Positions 50,416-63,880 of a stretch of 64,000 nucleotides of DNA are shown here, piece after piece (positions within the stretch are counted from its first letter, which is position 1; each line of letters opens with the position of its first letter). The stretch is from Chrysomallon squamiferum. Its lineage: Eukaryota > Animalia > Mollusca. The position numbers and the translations under genes were made by a program. Below the pieces are notes generated by a model. The model did no database searches. It had not been told where the DNA came from and saw only the letters and a list, made by a program, of their open reading frames with translations. The stretch lies in NCBI GenBank assembly GCA_012295275.1, contig CM022673.1:26598001-26662000 (forward strand). Reading direction: 5' to 3'.

Positions 50416-51418
50416 ACTGGTGTGCTTCATAGGACAAAATTACAGTAAAATATAAAAATAAAAAAATATATATATATATATGTATTATTTTAAAACTTAC
50501 AGTTGCTTATTTAACATCTGAACAATTATTATTATCACCTTTTCATTGAATGACAGAAACATGGCTGTTATCTAAACATTTTTCTCATTATTTTTCTACA
50601 CTGCGTCTTCTTCTTATTTTTATTTTTATTATTTTTTAATGGTTTTTTTTGTAAAACAAAAAGCATGCACAAAAGAAACATTGACCAAAAAAAAAAAAAA
50701 AAGCCTGAATAATCTGAACTACAACGCTGTTAGACAATGCAATAGCTTTGCCCTTTGATGCTCCAAAGTCTTCACATAAATCTCACACACAGGATTCAGT
50801 GGCACTCTCAGATAAGCCATTACCTCCTGGCTTGTAGCAGGAATCCAGCAATTAATCTCCAGCTCTAAGTGTAATTTTTTTTCTTCTTCTTCTTCTTCTT
50901 CTGTTTTTTTTTTTTTTGATTACACATTCAGTTTCTACACCATGGAAGTTTTTCTTTCTCACTTTTTTATTTTTTTAATTTAGTTTCGACTGGATCCATC
51001 GTTAATACTTTTTTTTTTTTTTTAAATGTGTTTTTGGATGGTTTTTGTTTTTTTCAAACACATTAAAAATAATGATTATCAGTGAATAGATGTAAATGCC
51101 TTAATAATTGTTTCGTTTCAATTACATAGTCTGATACGAGTAATTTTGTATGAAGTAATTCATTCTGAAGCAGACTGGGTGGGGGGGGTTAGCCGGTAGA
51201 AAGTATTTTATCAGTTTATCAGTTTTGTTTTTTAATTTGTATTAGCAGCATAGAAGAATGATCAAAAAAATGTAATTAGGATCCCATCACAAATCTAATT
51301 AATTGGATAGCCAATTAAAATTATTACTAATGTGATTAATTTAGTATAGTTTTGTATTTAGCTTCAGTTAAAAAAAAGATAATAATAAAAATTTGTATAT
51401 ATATATATATATAATTAT

Positions 51419-51424
51419 GTGTGT

Positions 51425-51475
<51 letters not shown>

Positions 51476-51517
51476 TGTTTCTGTGCATGTGTGTGTGTGT
51501 GTGTGTATGTGTGTGTA
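51419..51517 (+). repeat. (TG)n microsatellite
   Basis: Direct read. Confidence 0.95.
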
Positions 51518-51637
51518 TGCATGTATCTATCTATGTATGTATATCATTTATGATTAAAAATCTTATTAATATAACCTAAATTAAATTTTGTTATTTTGTT
51601 AATTACCTCCAGGGGTGAAAAAAAAAGATACTCATAA

Positions 51638-51673
<36 letters not shown>

Positions 51674-52549
51674 ATTTATGCCTATGCTCAGTGAATCATG
51701 AGTCAATTTAAAACAATTTAATCACCAAATTAACACACAAACAAACCATGCATGAGCTGTGCTTTCCTAAATGAATCGGAATGGATATGTAACATCAGGT
51801 TCATTAGACTGGGCAAACACAGGGCCTCATTTGAATTAATTTGACAACAAACGAGGGTTGTTGATATACACAACCTTGATAAAATCACTGGCAAAACAAG
51901 TTTAACTGTTGTCTTGTTTGAGCTTTGCCTTTGGACATTGTGTGCTGAACCCACATGGGTGGTTGGAGAAATGAAAACTTGCCTGTATGTCCAGCCCTGT
52001 GTTCTTTTACTCATTTATTGATCCCCGCAGACAGATTTTGTTTGACTGCGACAATAAATAAGTGCACAACTGCCTCAAGACCTTTTAAAGTTTTTTTTTT
52101 TTTTTTTTTTTCTTCTTCTGGTACGCATATACCGGAAATTTTTCTTCTTGTTTGCGTCTGGGACGGTTTCGGTGCAGACTTGAACCAATATTACCTCTTT
52201 GAGCTGTTTCGTGTTTGCCCTGTGCAGGTAATGCATGGCAGTGGGTGGTAATTGTGTGCGAGTTCACATCTGCACAAACACAGAGGTAGCTGGTTATGGG
52301 CTCTGAGCCATGGTGAAGTTATCCTCAGCTATGAAGTTACTTCCCTTTGGATAAAAAAAAAAAAAAAAAAGATAAAGAATGTTTTGGTTTTATAATGTCA
52401 TTCAAACTGCATACATTTCATAACCTCGGTCTGTTGTTGGAGACAGTTTTAAAATGTCGGTTTAAAAATGTGTGTCCCAGGAGAGTCAACACAAATCTCT
52501 TCTTTCAGTCCTAAATGGCAAAGCTGTCTTGTACATTTTCTTTTCTTGA

Positions 52550-52551
<2 letters not shown>

Positions 52552-52610
<59 letters not shown>

Positions 52611-52800
52611 TACATACATACATACATACATACATACATACATACATACATACAAACATACATAGATATATATATACATACATACATATATAACTACATA
52701 CATACATATATAACTACATACATACATACATTCACATATATACATATTACATACATACATCCATACATACATACAAACACAATCACAAACACAAACACAT
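52552..52800 (+). repeat. (CA)n then (CATA)n compound microsatellite
   Basis: Direct read. Confidence 0.95.
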
Positions 52801-53399
52801 ATGTAAGTTTGTGATTATCTATGTCTGTATATATGTTTAATTAAATGTGTATGTACGCTGTTTATTTGTTAACATACAGTTTGCACTGTATCACTCCCAA
52901 AACAAAATTAAGTCTGTAACAAAAACATTTTTCAAAATTAATCACTGAATCTTCATCACATTCCACTGACAAAATCAACTTCGCAGAAAAATGATGACAC
53001 TTGCAAACAAACACGCAGAAATCAGACTGCAACCGAACGTGGTAATAACTTGAAAGTTTAGTTTTCCTCCCAGTCTGGAGACAAGAACTTGGCGAGGCAG
53101 AGGTTTGAAGAGGCTCATTACTTGTCTTGTCAGTCTCGTATCAGTGACTTAATCACAGAACGCACTCTGCCCAGGTCTACATGTCACACAGTGCCTGGGA
53201 TGTGCAGCTAGCACCATCAAGCAATTAGCGAGTGAGGAGAGAGTTTCTTACTCGGCTAAGCGGAATCACTGATCAGGCATTCGTAGAACCAGCCTCTCTC
53301 TCGGGTGTCAAGTTGGCAGACTCTTTCACTCAGTGTTGCTCGACTTGAAGTTAAACTGGGCTTAAAATTAGAGTAATCTTTCTTTTTATTTTTAAATTT

Positions 53400-53466
53400 G
53401 TTTTTAATTATTTATTTGTTTGTTTATTTATTTATTTATTTATTTATTATTTTATTATTATTATTA

Positions 53467-53541
<75 letters not shown>
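53400..53541 (+). repeat. (TTTA)n/(TTA)n microsatellite
   Basis: Direct read. Confidence 0.93.
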
Positions 53542-53544
<3 letters not shown>

Positions 53545-54877
53545 ACTAGTGCTACTGTTGTTATTATTATGATATTTTTTTGACATCTGTAAGAAGCAAA
53601 GATAATGTATAATCATATAAAACATTTTTTTTTTTTATATGGATTAAGTAACCAGTGGTTTTATATTCAGTTATATAATAATGATATATAATAAATATGA
53701 TGATTTTATAATAATCATAGTTATCTAATAAACAAGTTTCATAATGAATCTTTAAACAATTATTTGCCATGAATTATGTAATAAAAATAATCATGTTACA
53801 TTTTATAATCAATACTGAGACTACTCTGACTAACATAATTATTTCATAATGAATTATTACACACCTCCCCCCCCCTACCCAAGAATAAAAATTATATTCT
53901 ATACTGTAACAAACATTTTGTATATGTTATTTTAACAAATTATACAGTTTTGTTCTGCTGGTAGTTAGTGTTGTGAATCCTTTGTTAAAAATATATTAAA
54001 TTTTTTATTTTTTTATTTTATTAACATCTGTTGACAGAAACTTTTTATCAGATTTTATTCAGAATATGTTAGCTCAAATCAGAATTCCTTTGGGTGGTCA
54101 TATCTAACTAGCCTGTGGTCAGTATTTTCAGTTAACTGTGTGTTGGATATTATTTAATATATAGAGTTGCTTTTATTTGTTTTCTTTATTATAAATGTTT
54201 ATATATATATATATATATAACAAAAGTTAAGATTTATTAAAATATGGATTATAACTTGAATTTCCAGGACATTGATTTTCTTAATACATGTTAAAATATA
54301 GATAATATGGGTAGAGTTATCTTAAATGTAGATATAATTATGTGTCTGGTTTAAATAGATAAATATACATACAAACAGAAATGTTGTGGTACAAACTTAT
54401 CCTAAATGTAGGTTGTGTAAACATATAAATAGAAATTTATGCATAAATCAACTGCTAATGAATACAGTAACATAAACTTATATTACAAGGGAATTGATTT
54501 TGTCGGTGAAAATTAAAACAACATAACAAATATAGCGAGTTAACCTAAATGTGGACGTAGCTGTTGTCAAGCTGATAAAGTGGCTGATGTGGACACACAT
54601 GGGCCATTCACACAGCTGTGTCTCAGGTAGGCAGATTTGTGTTTATCTTCAGGGAATAGAAAATTTTACTTTAAACGATTTCGTTCCAGGCCACGTTATT
54701 AAATGTTTATTGTCTCTTTGCTGATTTGTAACACACACTTACATTATTAACTGTTATTATCTGAAAGGACACGACACTACTGTGATCTTATTTGTGTATC
54801 TTCTTTTGTCTTTTTCTAGTTGCTCAAAAGAGAGAGTGTGATTTTTTGTGTCTGTAGATGTATATGTGTAAAAAAAA

Positions 54878-55165
54878 AGAAAAAAAGAACCCAGTTATTA
54901 TTCATAGACATTCCGTTTGTAAGTAAGATTTTTGATAAATATATTTTTTTTTTACAGCTGTTAGTGTGTGCATTTTTAATGTGTGTGTATGTTTGTTAAT
55001 CTGAAATATTTTATTAATGATATATGTGGAAAGAAAACTTGTTATTCATAGACATTCCAAAAAAAATAACAAAGATTTTGATGAATATATATTTTTTTCA
55101 AAGCTGTTAGTTTGTGCATTCTTAATGTGTGGGTATGTTTCTTAAACTGAAGTGAAGTATTTTAA
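54878..55165 (+). repeat. Tandem duplication, about 145-bp period
   Basis: TTATTCATAGACATTCC...AGCTGTTAGT.TGTGCATT.TTAATGTGTG.GTATGTTT occurs twice. Confidence 0.85.
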
Positions 55166-56039
55166 TAATGATAATTAACTCTGTCACTGTGATTGTGAAT
55201 TCTGACAAAAGAACATTATTTTTGTCATGTAGCTTAGAGACATTGTTTTTAAGGTGTCAGCGACAACAATAAAAATCAATGAATTGTGTATTGTGTTAAT
55301 TTTGATGGCATATTACAAAGTAGCTAATTGAATTTTGTTTTCATGAACTAAGACAATGAAGTTTAAATCAATATGTAGCTGAATGTTGCCTGGTGCTGAT
55401 CAGTTCAACAGTGTGAACATAAATGATAACCTGTCTGAAATGAATTTTATACTGGCATTATTTTCAAATAATTTATTATTTTAAGATAATTTTTTATGTG
55501 TTTATTTAATTTTAACAAAGATTTTAAATTATAAATTATAAAAAATCTTTGTAAAATAAAAAATATTGTTAATATTATTTTTTTATCTTAAAATACATTT
55601 TAAATATTTTTTCTTTGAAACTTATTTAAGTTTATATTAATTAATACCATAATTTTCAAGTTGGAAAACTTTCCATTCCTGTCTTGTAAAAAAGCAACAA
55701 CTATTATAAACTAAACTCTGAGAAACAGAGCAGCACCTACCTTATCGTTTCATACACCCTTCCTAATTATACATAGGTTTAACGAGAATCCGATTCATTC
55801 GGAATAACTGATCATGTGACTGACCTGCAGTGCTTAAAGTCTGTTCTCTGTCACCACTGTATGACACTCCCCAGTGACCGGCAGATATTGATCTTTAATT
55901 ATGACCAGCAGATTTGCTCTGTGTTGTCATTAATAGAGTCAATTATTTCAAATGCTGCTTGTTGTCCCGCTGCTAAAAGATAAACCATGTAGTTCTGCCG
56001 TTGAAAGGTATGTCATGATGTTTTGCTTCTGAAAAAATG

Positions 56040-56900
56040 TACCATACTGCTCTGCTACTGAGAAATATATCATACTGTTTTTCTATCATACTGTTCTGCA
56101 ACTGACAGATATATCATACTGCTTTTTCTATCAAATGTATCCTAGTGTTTTTCAACTGACAGATATATCATACTGTTTTTTTTTCATATATCATACTGTT
56201 CTGCAACTGACAGATATATCATACTGTTTTACTACTGACAGATATATCATACTGTTCTGCAACTGACAGATATATCATACTGTTTTACTACTGACAGATA
56301 TATCATACTGTTTTGCAACTGACAGATATATCATACTGTTCTGCAACTGACAGATATATCATACTGTTTTACTACTGACAGATATATCATACTGTTTTGC
56401 AACTGACAGATACAGATATAGTTTTTCATACTGATTTTACTACTGACAGATATATCATACTGTTCTGACAGATATATCATACAACTGACAGATATATCAT
56501 ACTGTTCTGCAACTGACAGATATATCATACTGTTTTTCTACTGACAGATATATCATATTGTTCTGCAACTGACAGATATATCACACTGTTTTTCTACTGA
56601 CAGATATATCATACTGTTTTTCTACTGACAGATATATCATACTGTTCTGCAACTGACAGATATATCATACTGTTCTGCTGCTAAAATATATCATACTGTT
56701 CTGCTAATGGTAATTTATATATATACTGATATGTTATTTTGTTCTACCATTAAAGGATATATCATTCTGTTCTGCTAAAAGATATATATTTTTGTTCTAC
56801 TACTAAAGGTTATGTTATGCTGTTTTGTTACTAAAACATACATCATGCAGTTCTGCTACTAAAAGTTGTATCACTTCGTTCTACTAAAAGATATATGATG
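56040..56900 (+). repeat. 28-bp minisatellite (ACTGACAGATATATCATACTGTTCTGCA) with homogeneous core and decayed flanks
   Basis: About 19 copies carry TGACAGATA between 56100 and 56665; degenerate copies on both sides. Confidence 0.95.
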
Positions 56901-58081
56901 CTTTTCACAGGATTAATTCTGATGTCCTCTCTGCAGATAATTGAGAAATGTCTGGGTTCTTTTTTTTATATACAAAACTGATGAAAAGTAATTTGTTGCA
57001 GTCGACAGAATAGAAATAACATGGAGCTCATTACTTTGTGGATGATAAAGTGTCTTCCCATTACCTATCACATTTTATCATTTTTTCATTTATTCAGGAC
57101 CTTTCTAGGTTTATCTAAGGCAGTGGTGTATAGTTTGCTTTCTGCAGAAAGGATCCCCCATGCTTATAATTCGAAATAGTAGCTTAAATGGTTAAAATTT
57201 GAAATATGAGTAAATTACACACATTGAAAAAGAAAAAAGCAGATAAAACAAAAGCAAATAAAAAAAACACTAAACAAATTTTAGTGGAATTTTTTGAAAT
57301 TGAACAGGAAAAAATTAACATCATTTAATACAAAAATGTTTAAAAATCTTATTAATTGTTCATTCATTCATTCATTCATTCGCTACCCTCCAATACAAAC
57401 ACTGTTTATTGTACGTATAAAAATAAATCTTTAAATATCTCTTTCTTCTGCTTACTTTTTTTAAAATTAAAATCATACAACATTATTATTATTATTATTA
57501 TTATTATTTTAATTTTTTTCATATTTTGTTTATGTTACAGTGTCCAGCCCTTTTCATACTGTTAAAAAGTGTTCATGACATCTCTTACACTAAAACTGCC
57601 AGATAAGGCTTTGATTCAGTTGACGTATTGATTCAGGGATTTTTCTGTTGCTACTTTCAACGTGGCACATCGCTTAGCTGCTAGAGGTATTGCATGCAGT
57701 TGTTAATGTCTTGGTAGGTATTTTCTCTATTGTTCTTTCCCCATGCTTTGTTTAGTTTTTCTAATTTAGGTTATTTTTTTTTTTTTTTTCAGTAGTTAAA
57801 GCTAATTGTTGTTACGAGAAGAAATGTCATTGAAATACGTTTTATGAGAAATTTTAAACTTTTAAGTTGTTTAAGCTGTTTACTTAATGACAAAGGTATT
57901 CGTAGAAGCTGGTTTGCTTCGATAAATTTTGTAATTTGTGTTATTTTTCTTAGGGTTTTTCTTGTTATTACTAATAAATAGTTGGGAATTTTTATGTTAG
58001 AAATATTATAGAAAATAATATATGAAGTTTTAAATTTGTAGTTAATTACACCTTACTTCATTAATACACATATTTATGAAG

Positions 58082-58340
58082 ACAAGATTATTAAACTTAG
58101 TTTTCTAATTTAGCATGTTGTTTTTCATATTATTAGTAAAAACAGATAAAAACTGCAGTAGAAATAATGCTGAAATTTGTATGATACAAAGGTTTAAACT
58201 TACTGGCTACTTTCATGATGTTTTTCATTGTGGAAACAAGATTACTGAATTTACTTTTCAAATTTAGATTGTTGTTTTCTGTATTACTAGTAAAAACTTA
58301 GACTTGCTACAGTAGAAATAATTCTGAAATCTGTGTAACA
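58082..58340 (+). repeat. Diverged tandem duplication, about 155-bp period
   Basis: CAAGATTA...AATTTAG...TAGTAAAAAC...CAGTAGAAATAAT.CTGAAAT occurs twice. Confidence 0.7.
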
Positions 58341-61300
58341 TGTCATTTTTACCTTGTTTTTGTTTACTTCATGTACAATTAAATGATACCTGTGCACTTG
58401 AAGAATCAGATGTAATAGATTTGTTTGTAAAATGTTTATTATTTTTTGGATTCAAATTTTTTTTTTTTTCACACTTGTTGATGAAATGCAAGAAGTTTTA
58501 ATCTTGTAGTTGTTGATAATATTTGTTCAGCTAGTCTTAACTTTTGTTTGATAAAACAAAGTATAATTTATCTCTTTCTTTTTTTTTTCACTTATTATTA
58601 CTGTAACTGAACTGTAACTGAACTGTCCAGTTTTTAGAAGTCTTTTATTTATTATAGTTTTTAATTCAGGGAATTTTTGATTCGTATATTTTTAAATTAT
58701 TATTAGAGAAAGTTTTGCAATAAAATGTTTTATTTATATGTGTTAAAAGAAGTTTTAGACTCGTTGTTCATAATGCTTGTTTATAGGTAGTTAATTTTTT
58801 TTCTCTTTATTATAGTGTGTCATGAATATAATTTAGAGATTTGCATAAAGAGTTTCTTATTATTACTAAAGTAGTTATGGCAGAAATGTGTGAGAAATAA
58901 TCTGTTATACAAACATGTAGTCTTATACATTAAAGACCTGCACACTTGGCTATACAAGCATGATGGATTCAGGTTTTTTTCTTTTTTCTTATTATCTAAT
59001 TTTTCTTCTTCTTTTTTTTTTTTTTTTTCTTATTAGTAATTGCTAGTAAAGATATAGTCATTAAGAATGTAAGACAAAAAAAAAAAAGAAAAAATTAAAA
59101 AAATAATTTCAATTTGCAGTTATTTATGCTTTTTACTGAGCTAGTCTTTCACAACACATTTGTGCAAGAAGCAACATTAATGAATTTTGTTTTGTAATTT
59201 AAATTTTTTGTGTTTTTTTTTTCCTTATTACCTGTTTTAACAGTAGAAATCTTACTGGAAGTTATTTTTGTTTTTTTTAAAACTTTTAATTGACTTTACT
59301 TCAAGCCACATGTAACTGTAGGAGTAAATGTAATGTGATTTTAGTCCTCTAATTGTTTTTTTTTTACTAGTTGATTGCTTTTACACGAAGAAATTATTCA
59401 CAAGACAGGTATATCACCAAGTTTTAAACTCTTTAATGTACGTAGTCTTTCATGACACTGTACTTGTTGGAGCAGTTTTTTTATGGGCTGCATTGTATGA
59501 AGTTCTTACACTGTATGTTGTGTAAATGTCATAAAAATCTTATTTATTGGCTGACTACATAGAAGTGCTTAACCTGCCACTGAAAGGAAAAATAAATATT
59601 GAAAAAAAAAAAAACAACAAAAAAACACAGAAATGTATTGACATTTTGTAAGTAAATAACTTCACCTGCTGTACATAGGATTTGTAATAAATTATATAAT
59701 TTCATTTTCCTTGCTTTAAAAAAAATATATATATATATCAGTGAAAATTATTGTATTTTTTAAATTGTTTATAAAAATAGCTATAACTTCAGAATGGATG
59801 TTTACATATTAAACAAGATTTAAATGAAGCATAGATGCATTTGGACGTGATATAAAATAACATTATTGATTAAATTTGTAGTCGGATGTGAATTTATTAA
59901 AATTCGGGTTATTTCTGTACTCATTTTGCTTTATTAATAAATGTGTCAGTCACCAAGACAATGTTCCCCAGTTTATCCTTCGGATATGTATTAATGATTT
60001 CACACATAAAAATCTATGTCGTTTCCATTGTTTAGAAATTGATGCATTTGGCAACAGATTGTTTATATTTGAACCTGCTGGGGCTTTACTTACACCCAAT
60101 AAAAGAAGACAGATGTTTAATGATGGAGCAGTGTAAATCCAATCATATATTTGTTAATAACAGCCGCCAGGAATCGGTTCCCAGAGGCACCGAGAACACT
60201 AAAATTCCTTACAGCCTGCAGCTCTTTCATGTTTATAACTGGAATTACTGGAACGTTGTCCCGTGTAGATTGTCACTGAAAGCAAACTAGGGTATTAATT
60301 TGAAAAGCAAGACCTGTGTTCAAGTGATGTATTTTGCTGTTAAAAATGTGTCTCCAGAAGGACTGAAATGCCACGGTTCTATTTCGGGCATCACTTTATT
60401 GTCTGAAAGGCATTTCTGTCTCTGATGCTGCAGTTTTGTCCAAAAAGATGAAACCACGTAAAGATGGCTGCTACCCTTTTGTGGTGAATAACAAATCCAA
60501 TCTTATTTGTGTTAGAATCATGTTACATAGTCTCTGTTTTGTCGACCAGAAGGAGATGAGAAAGTGGTGGTCATTTCCATGAAAGATTTCATTATCTTGT
60601 CCCTGTATAAATATATTCAGAACACAAGTTATCTTACAGCACAAAATCGGTTAAAGAATTCTCAGGGAGAGAAAATGTGTGCATACTCTCTTCATTATTC
60701 GTTCCCTTTTCATGATGAGGCTTAAGATGAATTTAATTAGAAATCTCCATCAAGAACAATAAATAAAGAATAAAGAAAAGAAAAGAAAAAAAAAGAGATA
60801 AAAAGAAAAAGAATATCTCTTTATAACAAATTGAAAAACACCTCTGTAGCTAAGCTTTTTCTCAAATCCCTGGTTGTGACCCACAAGTGGCAGATAAGAT
60901 AATGTCCAAGGGTCATCATTTCTCAGTTTTCAAGAGGGAAATCAAATCAGATATCACAACTGAAAATGTTTTTCTTTACTGTTTTCTCACCTGTAAAAAC
61001 ATCTACATACAAGCTATTGTTTGATTTTTTCATATAGCCCTAAATACATTTTTTTTTTTGGTTATAAATATTTAATAAAAATAAATTGAACACTGTCTGG
61101 TATGAAGTGATATACTGTTTTTACACTCCTCTTTAATGACTTACATATAAAAGAAAAATGGTCTTCAAAGAACTTGGCAACAAAATAATCAAATAATAAT
61201 TATAAAATGAAACCTTTGAAAATCAGAGGTTAAAAAAAGTTTTTATGGCGACTTTTGTTTTTCCTTTTTTCATTAGGATGTTTTGATTCTTATTGCTTAA

Positions 61301-61604
61301 TTATTTGTTATATACTCCTTCAAGAGTTAATATTTTTATCTTTAAATAAGTCTGTGAACTCAAACAAAACCAGCGTCTGACTTTTGCCATCTTTTCTGTC
61401 TCACATGATAATTATTTTATCAGTCATTTTGATTTTGATTTCATTTGAAAGATGATATAAATTTTTATTTTGCATTTTTATGTTCCTCTTTTTTTCCGAT
61501 AGTTTAATATGTATGGCTTTATAAATTTAATTCCAGAAATTTAATTTTGTTAATAACACATTTTTTTTTTTTTTTTTTTATCTATGTTTAATTTATTTAT
61601 TCTT

Positions 61605-61614
61605 TTATTATTAC

Positions 61615-61663
<49 letters not shown>
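61605..61663 (+). repeat. (TTA)n microsatellite
   Basis: Direct read. Confidence 0.93.
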
Positions 61664-61769
61664 TTTAATGTTGTATGTCAAACACAGATCAATTTTCAAA
61701 GTCTGTAATAGAGAAATGATATCCTTTGATTAAAAACTTTAGTTTCACTGTAATTATATTTTATGATAA

Positions 61770-62292
61770 ATATTATGACTTTTAAATTAACTTACTAATT
61801 ACATGCAAATTAGATTTAAGTATTTTATTGCAGAAATATACAAACTGCTGACAAGATTAACCTTTACTCGTGAAACTGAATGTTCACAGAAGTTATTCCA
61901 TTTAAAATTAATATTGTTAATAAACATGAAAGCAAAATTTGTGTCTAGAAATTTGTGTCTAGTAGCCACATGTAGTCAAATAAAACTTTCTGTTTTTCAT
62001 CATTAATCAATAACAGGTGACGAATGTTTGGGTTTGTAATATCCTATTTTTAGAGATATGACAAAAACAGTCCCTCGATTATTAATTTAATTGTATTTTG
62101 TATTCTTTGTATCGCCAAGTTTTATGATGAATGTTACGACATTTAAATTGATATTTTAATTATCTACAAATTAAATTTTCAGTATTTTAGTGCAGAAATA
62201 TACAGCCAGATGACAAGATTAACATTTACTTGTCAGACTGAACGTTAATGGAAGATATTTTGTTTGAAACTGATACTGTTATTAAACATAAA
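61770..62292 (+). repeat. Diverged direct duplication of about 160 bp (about 61770-61930 and 62130-62292)
   Basis: Shared AGTATTTTA.TGCAGAAATATACA...TGACAAGATTAAC.TTTACT.GT..ACTGAA. Confidence 0.8.
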
Positions 62293-63399
62293 ATTGAATT
62301 TTAATCTCATATTTATTACTTTTAGTATTATTTAATTTCTTCATGAGACATCAAACGATTCCGTCATACACTTTTATTTTAATTTCTATCAACATTCAAT
62401 TTGATGAATTATAAAAAAAAAAAAAAATAAAAAAGCAGTTTTAGCTAACAGCATTTACAGTAATTTATTTTTATACCAGACAGGTTATTACATTATTTAT
62501 GAATTCTGGGACTCTCGCAGTTATTTGTTTTAATACATTTAGTACGAAGAACAACTTGTTAGTTTTTGTCGAATTCCCACAAGGCTGGGACAGATTACAC
62601 AGATGTCTAGACATTTAAAAAAATAATAATAATAACTTGCTACAAGACACATGTCTTCATGTTAGAAGTGAAAAAAACAACTAAATTTCAGTACTTTGAT
62701 CTTGGATATAATTAAAAAAAATTTACTTTATTTATACATACATACATACATACTTTTTATAACTGTCACTAAAGACTACAAGGTAGGTAAAATGTAAAAA
62801 GTGCACACACACAGAGATAGATATGTCTGTTTGAATGTGTGTGTGTGTGTGTGTAGGTATATAAATATATATGAAATTTTATTTTGTACCTTGTTATTTA
62901 AGATCCAATGTCTGTTTTAGTACTAAATTAGGCTATTTTAGTTTTTGATAGGTTCTTGTATTTTAATTCATAGCCAGTACTGTACTAATACAAATGAGTT
63001 ATGTGTTCTTTTCTTTTCTTCTGACTGTTTGGGTTTTGTTTTTGTTTTTCATTTTATTTATTTCTTTCAATGAATCTTGTCTTGTGTCTGAAGTTATATA
63101 TATGCATCTTGATGAATAACGATTCTTTACTCTGTATTCTATTGAAGTTTATTGTTATTTATTGGCCTAAGACAAGAATAAATTAGATTAAAAATCAAAC
63201 TGAGAAACTATATTATTTGCAAGACAGTTTATTGGAATGCCTTTGATACAACTGCTTGTCAACCAAATTTTTATTTTTTTTATTTTTTTATTTATCTTTA
63301 ACTGGTTTTTATTTTATAAAGAATTCATACCCAGAGGACTTTTGGTTGGATGTTTTTTCATTTATTTATTTTAATTTTTTTTTTTTTTTACCTCTCGGT

Positions 63400-63880
63400 G
63401 AAATATGAGATATTGTTTAGCAATAATACTTGAAAATCTCAGAAAATAATTGCCGTGGTTGTCTGTTGTTTGACATTTAACTATTTTTCACTTTGTATAA
63501 AACTCATTGCCAGTGAATGTTGCTGTGTTTTTGGAGAAAAAAATTTCATTGAAATATGAGTTTTCTTGTTTAGGAACAAGACTAGAAAATCTCAGAAAGA
63601 ATTGCCTAGCTGTATCGGTCCATTATTTGAAATTTAATTGTTTTTCACTTTGTGTAAAACTTGTTCCCAGTGAATGTGGTTTTTGTCATTGAAATATGGT
63701 TTTGTCATTGTAAAAATATGAGTTTCCTTGTTTAGGAACAATACTAGAAAACCTCAGAAAGAATTGCCATTAGTTGAAGCTGTAAAACTCAGAAAGAACT
63801 AGCTACATTAGTTGAAGTTTAATCGGTGCATTAGTTGAAGTTTAACTATTTTTCACTTTGTGTAAAACTCATTCCCAGCC
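63400..63880 (+). repeat. Tandem repeat, three copies of an about 150-165 bp unit
   Basis: AAATATGAG...TTGTTTAG...GAAAA.CTCAGAAA.AATTGCC...TTTAA.T.TTTTTCACTTTGT.TAAAACT occurs three times. Confidence 0.85.

Noticed and set aside
56040-56690. CRISPR-like 28-bp repeats
   Set aside because: Head-to-tail units with no unique spacers, no cas genes, eukaryotic context.
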